Assembly: GCA_050230475.1 (NCBI GenBank)
Contig: JBFLGF010000207.1
Location: 1-59,331 of the forward strand
DNA length: 59,331 nt
Reading direction: 5' to 3'
Origin: Ancylonema sp.
Taxonomy: Eukaryota
The notes beneath the pieces were generated by a model, which saw only the letters and a list, made by a program, of their open reading frames with translations, had not been told where the DNA came from and ran no database searches. A program made the translations under genes and the position numbers. Positions 26,131-38,337 of this stretch are shown here, in pieces (positions within the stretch are counted from its first letter, which is position 1; each line of letters opens with the position of its first letter).

Positions 26131-27745
26131 CTTCTTAAATCCATTTCCCGACGATGTGTGCATATGTGGTGGGTAGGTAGCGTGGGATTGGGGGGGCGGG
26201 GGTAGATTGTTGTTCTAGACAACAATATTTGACTCGAAGAAATGTGGTTTTAAGTAGTGTGTGGAATAGTCTGTGCTTGAGTTGTATGATTATTACTACA
26301 CATGTCATCGAGTATGAGTTAGCGGGCATACCTCCTTAGCACATCATATAAAATGTCGTGATGGGGGAAAAGAAACTTGAGATTTTTGTACATTTGAGAA
26401 TTTTGTTGTTTAAGTGGATATTTGTATCGCACAACATCATCGTCAATCATTTTGTAGGGCACACGTGGGAAATTATTTATGCCTCTTTCTTGACACACAC
26501 ACATGCCAAATGCACTCATGAAATTCGACTGCGACTATGGAACTTGTTTTTTTCTTGCCTCTTCTTCGCCACACCGTTCTTCTGAATGTGCTATGTGCAA
26601 ATGTGCTTGATGACACTAAACATCGGACATCCAAATGAAAGGGAGTACGTTGCGAAAAATTCGCCATCAACATAAGACACAGAATTATGAAAGTGAATCA
26701 GGTAACAAACTTACGAATGGGATTGTTACACAATTCCCTTCGGTGTTCATTCCACATCGATTGTTTGCACTACCGCTCAAGAATTACAGTCGCCACTCAC
26801 AACTGGTTCTATGGTGTACTGTAGAAACCATAACTATTTTTTCACCAATCAATTCAACACCCGTCTGTTGTGGTTAACAAAATAATTATTTTTTATTGGG
26901 TTTTGGGGGTTTAAATCAAATCGAAGTGGTTTGAAGTGGGGGGTTAAACTAGAAATCGATACTAGAGCTCGTCGCTAGAAGTAAGGCAATGGTGCTGGTT
27001 GTAGACCGCCACGTGTCCATGTATTCCGACACGTGCGTACTGAACCCGATACAACAATAAAATACACGCTACATCTCGAAATAACATGCATCGCTCTACC
27101 ACACTTTCATGCAAACGGCGGCACATCTCCCATCTATGCCCTCGATCGTATACTGGTACGGTATGGACAGGCACTGTAGGGATGGGACACGGCTGGAATG
27201 GGATGGAATGTGGGGGTTGGAGTGGGGTTTGGGGTACCCGAAAATAAGGCGAAAGTGGTGGGTGGGAGGAGCGAAATTAATTGAAAACGTGTGGGGTGAA
27301 GGGGTGGGGGGATGCGTAAAATAATTACCTGGAAAAAAGTGGGAGATTCCTGTCCTTCCGAATCTGGATACCAGATATTTTTCGTCGTTTTCGTTAAAAA
27401 AAGGTCGTATTGTACGAAGTCGTCATATCGAGACCTTCCTTGGTTGGTTGCTTCTCACTCGACCTCTGATTACAATCTGCTCAATCATAGGATGGCCACG
27501 TGGGACGTGGCACCAATCAGCACCTCCCAGGAAATTAACTCTCAGGCCCGCTACTCTCGGGGCCTCATTCTGTGACTGACAGACAAAACGAGAACGGTTT
27601 TTTCGTGGAGTTTAAACAATTGCCACGTGAACTCTGCGTCACTGACACTGCCAATGCGGTACACTTGTGTTCGACTGAACAAAGGCTGTAGAATATTCCT
27701 CTCTTCCTCAACTCTCTCGTACCTTCATAGTACTTCTCACGTGTG

Positions 27746-28652
27746 ATGGACTCGAGACGTCCGTGGGAACGCCTTCCCACAACAGACGCAGAACTTCACA
27801 CCGAGACCGGATCGCTCTATCCTCAAATCGAACCTCACTTTTCCGAGACTCTTCAGAGCAGTATCGAGTTGCCTCGCCACGTGACAGTGATCGGATTCCC
27901 AATGCCAGACCCCGAAACAGGAATCAGCGGTGATCGCGCGCTGACAGGGGTCACCCTTGCGCGCTCTGTCCCCGGTGGCTTTGAGAAGGCGCTATGGTGG
28001 GACCGCTTCGCTTTCTTTCCCCACCCGGTCTGCAACACCATCTCAATCGGTAAAACGAACCCGGATTCCTCCTGCCATTTTGTTGTATATAAAGTAATTG
28101 CTGCGCAGTCCACACCCCCCCAGTGTATGCTCTCATCCGCCATTGAGCACATTGTACCATCCGTACCAATTCCGTACAAAATATATGTGCTCCAGCTGAA
28201 TCGGAGGGACTGGACTGCGACTGGGATGGTGTGTCTGGCGTAACTGCTTGAAATATCGTTGAATCGGGGGTTTCCCAGAACGCCAACTTCACCGTAAAAT
28301 GTACCGCCTTCACTATGATCACAATATTCTTGCCATGATGATAATTCTAAAATGTAACGTCAAAGAAAAAAACGTGCTAAAATTCACAAATATACACCCT
28401 CATTCCATGTGATATATATATATAAATATATATTATTTGAGCGTAATTGATAGTGTGTGCTCACCTAAAATGCATGATGTGCAATTCATAAGATTTGAAC
28501 AGATCACATTATTTCGCATACACCGACATGTGTATTATATGTGACGACACATGCTTTTAGGAGCATGATATTTAGGAGGGTTGGGCTGTTGTGGGTACAC
28601 CTGTCACAGATATCACTAAACAGTTATACTGGTGTAGTACATATATATATAC

Positions 28653-28719
<67 letters not shown>

Positions 28720-28753
28720 TATATACATATATATATGTATATTTATATGTGTA

Positions 28754-28791
<38 letters not shown>

Positions 28792-31700
28792 ATAGAGCCT
28801 TTTTAGACATATTTTAGACACATAGACACATTTTAGAAAGTAATTTACACCCGACCCCACTTTGCTCAAATCGTTTGGTTACTGGGAAGGGGTGTCTAGG
28901 TATTGCTTGAACTGTTCTTTGTATCCAATCATTATTATCACTGTTAATCATTTAACAATCAATAATTTGTATTGAAAAAAAAGATCCATCTACGTATCAC
29001 TTCTCACTCGGATTTGGATGTAACGGATTCCATTGGATGTAATGGATTCCATTGGATGTAACGGATTCCATTGGATGTAATGGATTCCATTGGATGTAAC
29101 GGATTCCATTGGATATAACGGATTCCATTGGATACAACGGATTCCATCGGATATAACGGATTCCATCGGATATAACGGATTCCATTGGACATAACGGATT
29201 CCATTGGATATAACGGATTCCATTGGATATAACGGATTCCATTGGATATAACGGATCCCATGGCCTTCCGCAACCCCAAAATCTCTCCCGAAATCTGATA
29301 TCTAAAACAGGCACCCGCGTTCATCTTCATACACACTCTCACATTTTATAAGCAACCTCCAGTAATCAGTAGCTCACAGCTGACAACTAATATCCAATGG
29401 ACAATATCGACTGCCTCACATCTCTCAACTATTAAATTACATTATCCCCCTCATAACCAATATCCAATACCTCATCATTGGTGCACCCCATCACCAATGA
29501 TCTCATTTCACATGTCATTAAAAATGCCAAACATCGCCTAATATCAGAAAAGGCTTTGACTCTCCCCCCAACCTCCCAACCCCCCAACCACCCCACCCCC
29601 CCAGCCCTCAGCATTTCCGTCCTCTTCCTGTCCGCCCTTCTCATCTGCACCACCTTGTCTGGCGCCCCCCCTAGAAGCCCACTCGCACATGCGGGGGTGG
29701 GGCGGTTCCGGTCGGTGGATGCGGACATCGGGGCGGTGGCCGCTGACGACAAGCGCTGCTCTGCAGTGGGAACAGACATTCTAAAAGTACCATTTTGCCG
29801 ATTTGCAATTTTGCCTTCTTTAATAAAAAAATAAATAAATAAAAATCTGCCATTTTTCCATTCCGCCATTTTTAATTTCCGCCAATTTGCCTTTTCGAGA
29901 ATTTTCCAGTTTCCCTGGCTCCCAGTTCTCCTTTTGGCCATTTTGCTTCCTTTCATGTCCCTTTTGTCCTTTTTGCCTTTTTGCCTTTTTGCCTTTTCGC
30001 GTATAGAGCTTCGTACGTTGTGCCTGAATGAGTTTGCAACTGTATGTGCATGTGTGTATAGGGCAAGGTTTGCATGTGTGTATATCTGTATCTCTACGTA
30101 TTTGTACCTGTGTATGTTAATGTACACATATCTATACACACACTAGATATTACACTTCAATCAACTTTAATATGTCTATATTTATGTGTACGCATACAAG
30201 ACATGTCCTCCGTAAAAACATTCGACAATCGAAATTTCAGCGACAATTTGAAAGTCAAATGCACGTCAGCGGTCAGATCTGGCAAAAATGAACCAATGGA
30301 GTTGATCCCAGGCTCGCACATGCGGAGGGGGGGGGGGGGTTGCAGGCAGGTGGGAATGCTGTGGACGGTGCAGTGGCGGTCGCTCTCTGTTTGGGGGTGT
30401 GTAACCCCATGGCGAGTGGGTTGGGAGGGGGGGGGTTCACTTTAATTCGGATGGCGGATGGGCGGGCGGAGCTGATCGACAGTAGGGAGACTGCGCCGGC
30501 TGCAGCCTATCAGGTGATGACAGGTGGCGGGGGATGAGTGAGGGGCAGGTGGGAGGTGGGGTGGGGGGTGAGGGGGGTGGGGAATGGTGTGGGAGGGGGG
30601 GGGGGGGGGGGGGGTGGTTGGGGGGTTGGGAGGTTGGGGGGAGAGTCAAAGCCTTTTCTGATATTAGGCGATGTTTGGCATTTTTAATGACATGTGAAAT
30701 GAGATCATTTGCTGTGGTAGATGGAGACAGGAAATGTAGGAAAAAGGGAGGGGGGGGGTATAATATGGGAAAATGGATAATATACAAATAAGAAGAAGAG
30801 GAAAAGGAGAAAAGGGGGGATATAGAAGGAAAAAACGTGGAAAAAAATACCTGAAAAAAACTAACCAAAAAAAATTTTAAATCACAATAAAACGGATTCA
30901 AATCATCTCTCTCCAACGTTGTTGAATTCTGAAGGAAGAAAAAAAGGGAAATTTCATACACCTCCCCCCCCCCAATATTTTCAAAACATGGCCCATTCCC
31001 CCTCCCCCCCCCCCCTCTCTTCCAGGAAATGTATGCGTCAGACCCTAAACTTGCCGAAACCGGCGGTCTAGCCGTGGGGGTGCCCGGGGAGTTGAAGGGG
31101 CTGGAGGTGGCCTGGCAGCGGTTTGGGCATCTGGGGTGGGCGCAACTGCTGCAGCCGGCGATAAGACTGGCAGAAGGAGCGAGGGTCAGCGCCTACTTGG
31201 CAGAATCCATACAGGTGAAGCGGGTGGGGGTGGGGGTTTTAGGGTGTTGGGGTTTTGGGTTTTGGGATTTGGGATGTGGGTTTTGGGTTTTGGGTTTTGA
31301 GTTTTTGGGGATTTGGGTTTTTGGGGTTTTGGGTTTTTGGGTTTTTGGGGTTTTGGGGTTTTGGGGTTTGGGGTTTGGGGTTTTTGGGGTTTTTCAAGGA
31401 TTCGGAAGAATTTCAAGGGTTTTAAGAGTTTCTAGACATTATTTTTGGGAGGGGGGGAGGGGGGGAGGGAGAGGTGGGTGATTTGAATGAGGTAGGGGTG
31501 TTTTCTTTAATAAAGTCATGTTATTTATGGATTTTTCCTTTTTTTTTGGGGGGTTTTTGTTTGAATGTAGCTTCATTTCTGTTCACCGGAAAATGGGAAG
31601 AGAGTGGTTTATGGGATGGTTGACTCCTTAGTTCTGAAGTCCATCATTGGGACCGCCTTGATTTTTTTTGTTATATTATTATTACTTTTTAATTCATCGA

Positions 31701-34634
31701 AACAAAGATAATCTTAAACCTCGAATGAGCTCGCGTTTTAAGTGACGATCAAGTGATCATTTGTTTACGCGATTCAATTTTGTCATAAATTCATCGCCTT
31801 TAGCTTTTTCAAAGTCGAATACAACCCCCCCCCGTAACGATGATCGACCCCTCTAACATCCTAACCCTCCCTCCCCCCCTTGATCAAAATTCGATCCCCC
31901 TCCCTTTCCTCGACCAGGAGAGCGGTCCCCAAATTCTGACCCACGCTGAGCTGGCAAAAATATTCGCGCCAGGTGGCAAGCTTCTACTCGAGGGTGACAT
32001 GTGCTACCGGACAAAACTCGCCGACACCCTCCGCCAGGTGTCACTCCACGGATCCTCCATCCTCTACGCTGGTCCCCTGGCTGCTGAGCTGGCGAAAGAC
32101 GTCCAGTCAGCGGGTGGTATTTTGACGGCTGCTGACCTGGCATCGTACAACGCCACTGTCAGGGAGCCCATTGAGGTGGAGGGGATGGGGTTGACGTTCA
32201 TCGGAGCTCCTCCCCCCTCCTCTGGAGGAGCCACGCTCGCAGAGGTAGGAGATCAGTTCCTTTTTTTTTTTTTTTTTTTTTTTGGGGGTCTTTTTTTCAT
32301 ATCTGTTTCCCATTTTCGTATCCGTTTTTCACACCCGTATTCGTTTCCGTATCCGTTTCCGCAAGGCAACGGAACATCTACACCCCCCCCCGCATTGTAG
32401 GCAAAACAGTGTTTGAATTTAAAAAAAAAGAGCGCTGACGCCATCCTCCCCCCAACGCTGACATCACCCTCTCCCATTCTTACATCGCCCCCTGTGGCAG
32501 GTGATACACATTTTGGAGCAGTTCCCCCTCGCGTTGGCGGGGTCGGGCCCCCTGGGGGTGCATCGGACGGTGGAGGCAGTGAAGTTCGCGTTTGCAGCGA
32601 GAATGAGGCTGGGGGATTCCGATTTTGTGGATAACGCACGCACGCTGGCAGGTGGGGGGGGGGGGGGGAGGGGTGACGGAGGTGATGTCATCGTCATCAT
32701 CGCTTCCGGTTTTAGTATCGATGGTAGAGGAGGAGGGGGAGGAAGGAAAGGACGTCATCCTCGACATCATCACCATTCGAATCTATTTACTAGCATCGTC
32801 ATCCAAATATTAAAAGGCGGAAGTATTGGAGGAAACCTTATTAAAAAATTAAATCATAAAAAAAAATCGTATTGTCTCAGCATCACCCCCATCCCCCACC
32901 CTCAAAAAAACCCGAAAAAAAACCCCCAAAAAAATGAACCCTAAAAAGCAAACCCTAAAAAGCAAACCCCAAAAAAAAAAAAAAAAAACCCCCAAAAAAA
33001 ATCCAAAAAACAAAACCTTCAAAAATATGTTAAAAAAACCCCAAAAACACTAGATGAAAACCCGAAAACCCCCAACCTCCGTTTCCATCCCCCAGAGATG
33101 CTCTCCCTCAAAACCGCCCGCCAGATCCGGTCCTCCATCGTCGACTCCGCCACCTTCGACCCCTCCTACTATGGCGCCAAGTTTGCTGAGCTGGCGGACG
33201 GGGGCACCACACACTTTTCTATTGTGGACGGAGACAGGAACGCAGTTTCGATGACATCCACGATCAACACGGGGTTCGGCTCCAAAGTCCTCTCCCCCTC
33301 CACCGGCATCCTGCTCAACAACGAGATGGCCGACTTCTCCATCCCGGGGGAATCGGACGTGTTTGGACTACCGCCCGCGGAAGCGAATTTCATTCGGGCA
33401 GGGAAACGACCGTTGTCGTCGATGTCACCCACCATCGTCCTCCAGGTCAGCAGCTGAAAGAATAAATGTCCTCTTTTTTTTTTGCTTTTTTTTAAATGTT
33501 TTTTTGGTTTTTTTTTGGGAACATGAGAAATTGGGAAGTTTGCTTCTCTATTTCCCCTCCAAAAAAGAAAAATCTTCTCATTTTGGTTTGATTCTTTTTT
33601 CGCACCCATCCATCTCCTCCCTCCCTCCCCCCCGATTCCAATAATAACCAGAAACCTCCCCACCCCCCCAACCCCTACCCAACCCCCCCACTCCCCCCAC
33701 CCCCCCCATCCCTCCCATCCTCATGTCTCACAACAACCTACCCCATGATGACGAACGACCCCAAAAACCATAACAAGCACCACCATTGAATAGCACTACC
33801 TCCCCATAACCTTACCCATACCCATACCCCCCTCCCCCCCTCCCCACCCCCCATCCCCTCTCCCCCCATCCCCCTCTCTCGCTCCTCCTCCTCCTCCTCC
33901 TCCTCCTCTAGGACGGCCAACTTCGCGCGGTGTTGGGTGGCAGCGGTGGGCCGTACATCATCACGGCTACCATCCAGGTGGTGCTCAACTACTTTGCGCG
34001 CGGGCTGTCTCCCGTGGAGAGCGTGGTCGCGCCCCGCTTCCACCACCAGGTGAAAACAACAGAGCCTGGAGGGGTCCCAGGTGAATCCAACAAACAGAGG
34101 GAGGAGGACGGTGTAGTCCGCCCACATCACAGATGGGGGGAGTAGTAGACATGTGGCATCACAGCTCATGAGATCGACAAACATCGATACACGTATAAAG
34201 GAGACATTGATATAGCTGTGAAGGATTGTGGATTGTGGATGCTATCCGGAAAAAGGAGTGTGGAGACTACAATTTGAAATGCTCTCAATTCGAGCCCACA
34301 CCCCCATCCCCCATCCCCCATCCCCTCCTCCGACCAGCTCCTCCCCCACACCCTCTTCTTTGAATCGAACCACTCTCTCATCAGCGGCGCCTCCGTGTCC
34401 TTCGACCCCCTCACGGTGGCGGCACTCCAGCGCAGGAACCACAGCATCACACCTGTTGCTTACGGGGGGGTGGTCCAACTCATCGTGCACGACCTTGAGG
34501 TGCCAGCTGACGTCAGGGTAGGGTACACCGCCATCAACTCCACGCCAGGTGTCGTGTACGGGAGGCTGACAGCTGTCAGTGATCCGAGAAAGGACGGGGA
34601 GCCTGAGGGATGGTCGAGTGCCAGCTGGCATTGA
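27746..34634 (+). CDS. GGT: Gamma-glutamyl transpeptidase / glutathione hydrolase, type II membrane form, 9 exons
   Basis: Exons 27746-28049, 29605-29786, 30346-30513, 31026-31214, 31918-32244, 32501-32651, 33096-33445, 33912-34049 and 34338-34634 are in phase. A TM segment spans exons 1-2. Motifs: GAVAADDKRCS, GGNAVD, SGLGGGGF, IDSRETAP, VGVPGE, PPPSSGG, catalytic GTTHFSIVD, LLNNEMADF, KRPLSSMSP, GGSGG, SDPRK. Confidence 0.95.
28640..28787. repeat. Compound (TA)n/(CT)n microsatellite in GGT intron 1
   Basis: Directly visible. Confidence 0.95.
29015..29258. repeat. 19-bp minisatellite (GGATTCCATTGGATATAAC)n in GGT intron 1
   Basis: About 12-13 tandem units with minor variants. Confidence 0.96.
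29496..30709. repeat. Perfect 99-bp inverted repeat pair (29496-29594 and 30611-30709) flanking GGT exons 2-3
   Basis: aatgatctcatttcacatgtcattaaaaatgccaaacatcgcctaatatcagaaaaggctttgactctc... is the exact reverse complement of ...gagagtcaaagccttttctgatattaggcgatgtttggcatttttaatgacatgtgaaatgagatcatt. Confidence 0.95.
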
Positions 34635-35931
34635 CATATGCCACGTGTGCGGCAGAAGCGAGCGGGGTGGTGACACCTGGCGGCTCAGAGCGTCTTCGGC
34701 ACTTATCATAGTATCGGACGTGGCAGGAGGCGCAAGCAGGCATCCCCTTCCACTCATCACTTTTTATAATATATTCAAACACCGAGGACGTGAAAGTATG
34801 GCGAGAGGTTTCTTCTCATCACTTTTTATAATGTATTCAAACACTGAGGTCGTGAAAGTGTGGCGAGAGAGGTGTAGGCTCAAATTTGGTGAAATGTGTT
34901 CAACGTTGAGTGAGTCGGAGTTGGGTGCGTTTGAGAAACCGAGTCATGTTTTGGGCAAGTGGGGTTCGAAGCATGTATATACACGTGTGTATGTATGTAC
35001 ACGTGTGTATGTACAATCACAAGGGAGCAATCTCATGTCGTTGTGGTGGGGAGGGGTTAGGGGGTGAGTGTCGTTGTTCGCGGGGTAAGTTGGTACACAC
35101 TCTTTTGTCTAAGGGGGATGAATGACTCGTCGTTCGCTTCGATTATCATACACCTCTTGCTTTCCTCTTTGTGTGTCCATAACCCTTCCCGTTGTGACTA
35201 TAGGAGATCGGATGCGAATCGGGTGCGATTCCGAATCATTTCTCACCAGAGGTTCCAAAGTGGTAGAGAATCAAAACGGAGGGGGGCGATAAAGGGCTTC
35301 CAATATAAGTATAGAACCGAGAATAGTTGCCGGGGGGGTCTCTAGGAGTTATTGGATGACCATGATTTCTCGTTCGAAAATTATAAAACGACAAGTCACT
35401 TATGTTGCAACGAATTTTGAGTTCCGAATTGTCGTTGTCGTACTGTTGGTAATCACCTGCGTAATTTTGGCGGTGGCAATATTGAAATGACGTCATTTTT
35501 GCAACCCTAGAGAGAGCATGACAAGTAGAATCGTTCCGGAAAAGAAAAACGTTAAAACACAAGTTGAGAGATAAGTACAAATTTTGTGAGACAAGTAGGT
35601 CAACAAGGGAAAGGTTTGGAATGGAATGTTAGCACGAAAATGTGATGTGTGCTTCCACACGAGCAATAAGGGGTGCTAAACCTAGCTTAAGCGAGCTACA
35701 ACGATCGCCGAACAATATGTCTAAAGCCCATAAATGCTGACTGAAACCATTTGGCAAAAACCCTCTAAACGAAAAACTATTGACGATTCCTTTCATGGTC
35801 GCTCACTAGTACAACAATAAAAAATCCAAAGGAATGAGTGCACTCCACTGGTGATGAAATATAGCAAACGAAAGTATATTTTCGAGATCTGTTTTTGAAA
35901 AGCAAAAAAAAATAAAAAAAAACACACACGT

Positions 35932-38337
35932 CTAATTAGGCTCTCGTACTTCTAGCCATCTCACGTCGCCACTTGACATCGCCCGCCTAGATGTGACGCG
36001 AGGTTGGACCTTTATCGAATCTCTTAACACCGCTTTGTCCCCTTCCTCCGAACTCGCCCTCCTCCACCCCCCAAACGAATCCGATCCCATTCCGTTTCGT
36101 ATCGAGTGCCTCGCATCTATAGGAGGTCGCCACTTGTCACCTACACACCATACAGGCGCAATATCAACCAGAGTAACACAATTGGCGTTGGTGATTGGAA
36201 CCCCAAAAATATTGACTTTCCCCATAAATTGAACCCTTCACTTTCTACCCGGCAATCCAAAACTTGGCCTCTAGAATGTAAAACCAACAACAGTTACGTC
36301 AACAACGTTGGTCAATTCACGTGTGAATCGAAAAACCAAAAGATAAAAAACGAGCGCAAGTAAAGGCATCACAGAGAGAGATGAGAAGACAAACGAGAGG
36401 CACAAAAAAAGATGCGAATTTAGATTTAGATTCAAAAGCATGCGTTTGCACCACTCCTCACACATGTGACCGAGAAGGTGTTCGGTTTCTGACCTCACCT
36501 CCCTCTCCTCCACGCTCCCCCGCCCCTACACCTCCCCCGCTAGAAGACAAACCCCGATTGTTGCCAGATAAGTTTAAGGCTGACCGGCCACGTGGCATCC
36601 CCCCAGGCAGCCACTTGGCAGACGTTGCCACATGCTTCTTCCCCCTCCATAATTTGACACCCGAACCCGCGCCCACCAGCCCAATAATTGCAATGATGAC
36701 GAGGCATGCAGCAGGGTCAAACGGGAGGCTCCGATGCATTATTTCGGCGTTCCCATCTGCTGACGTCAGCGTGTGTTTGTGGATCTTCGCCCCTTCCAAT
36801 AGGGCGGCTCCAATGGTCCACCCCACGTCACCAGATCCGATCTGGATCTGACTGTCCAGCAGCCCTAAACCCCTCCTAAGCAAAGCGACTATGTAAGGAA
36901 CCCGGAAACAGGTCCTATCGACTCCTCTCACACCCCCCCTCTCTTTTAATATTTCATCCCACGGGCGGCCGCAAAATTTTCTTCCCTCTGTTAGCAACTC
37001 GTCCAGAGAAGCGTTTCCTGGCAGCCCGAAAAAATGGTACACCACAAAAAACCCCGTTAGAGCCACAAATTTGCCTCTCAAGGGAGGTTGGTGGGTGCCC
37101 AGCGCACACGGCCTATAGGCACACTCCCCCCCCCCCCCCCTCTCGGTATAAGCGACTCAGCTAGAGCTACACACCTGGACCAATCAGGATCACCCACTAT
37201 CCTCACTATATCCAAATGGAACCTTGCTGGCAGTCTCCTATAGGTCTGGTTATAACCGGACTGCAGACAAGGATGAGCAATAACCGGAACCGGTTTCCCA
37301 CTCACTGTAAGACTCTTCCTTATATTCGACTGCTTCCCCCTGCTATTCGTTATAACTTCAGCCGCCAGATCCGTTATATTTTCTCCATACTTATCCGCCA
37401 GCCCCCTTCACCGGGGCACACCCGCCCCTGGCCCCAGGCCAGCCCTACTCTCATCCCCCACCCCCAACCAAGCGGATATTGACCGGTCAAAGGCGTCATT
37501 CATACCGAAACCGGGGTGGGAATGTGCATAAAGTCGGTATATCTGGCCTGCCAAAGACACATTGGCGCCATATGGGATGGGGGGGGGGCTCTGGGGCACA
37601 AAGGTAACTTCCAGAGAGCTTCCTCCGAGATCCAACGACCCCTGGGTGAAGTGTTCGTGATGCGCAGTGAGATCTGTTAACATGTAGTTGAGGGCGATCC
37701 ACCCGTAAACCGCCTCGTCGATACCCGAGATTATGCGAGCCCACTCGGGTTTGAAAAGGAATGGAGTTTCTGACAGGATTGTCCGCGCTTCGCTCAAGAG
37801 CCAATCGGAATTAACTACCGGGAGGCGCCTGAGACCCGCTGTAGCGAACAGGAATATGGGAGTCTGACCCCGTTTTAGAGGGGGAACTTTCTGGAGAGCC
37901 CATTCGAGCAGAGGGGTCAGCGCTTTCGACCTTAACCCCTGCCCGTCCCGCAGAAACTTGTCCAAACCTGGCTCCGTCTCCTTTCTCTTGTAAGCCTTCT
38001 CTTCTTTTTGGTCCTGCCCAGATTTGTTTTTCGCCTGCCCGAGAGAGTCACTCCCTGTATTATGGATCATCGGCAGGGTCCCTGACGATGCGCCAAGCGC
38101 GCCTCGTTCCCCGCCGGTCCATCCGTACACATACAAACGGGTACCCGTACTGCCACAGTCAATCACGATGCTGTATGCCACGTCACCGTTGGACGCAGCA
38201 AGACTGTCAACTGAGACGAAAAGGCAAAGGAGTACGAGCGCAAACGGAACTGCAATTCCGTACTTGAGCGAATACTTGCCAGGCACGTGTCTGCGACTTG
38301 GGGTGCCGAGTTCGGGGCCAGGTGCAGTGGACTTCAT
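35932..38337 (-). CDS. GDA1/CD39 apyrase (APY7-like) with N- and C-terminal TM segments
   Basis: Apyrase conserved regions IDCGSTGTR, ATAGLR, ISGIDEAVYGWIALNY, DLGGSSLEV and WTIGA are present. ATG at 38337; probable last exon 36140-35932 after a donor at 36498. The frame is broken by an in-frame TGA (37408-37410, possibly intronic) and a frameshift in a 15-G run near 37126-37140. Confidence 0.85.

Noticed and set aside
28990..29342. Regular repeats resembling a CRISPR array, and repetitive ORFs (MESVISNGIRYIQWNPL)
   Set aside because: The units are head-to-tail with no unique spacers, there are no cas genes, and the array lies in a eukaryotic intron; it is a minisatellite.
29478..29604. Apparent GGT N-terminus MVHPITNDLISHVIKNAK in the ORF track
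   Set aside because: It starts at a non-ATG codon and is the inverted-repeat arm at the end of intron 1; the ATG exon at 27746-28049 splices in phase.
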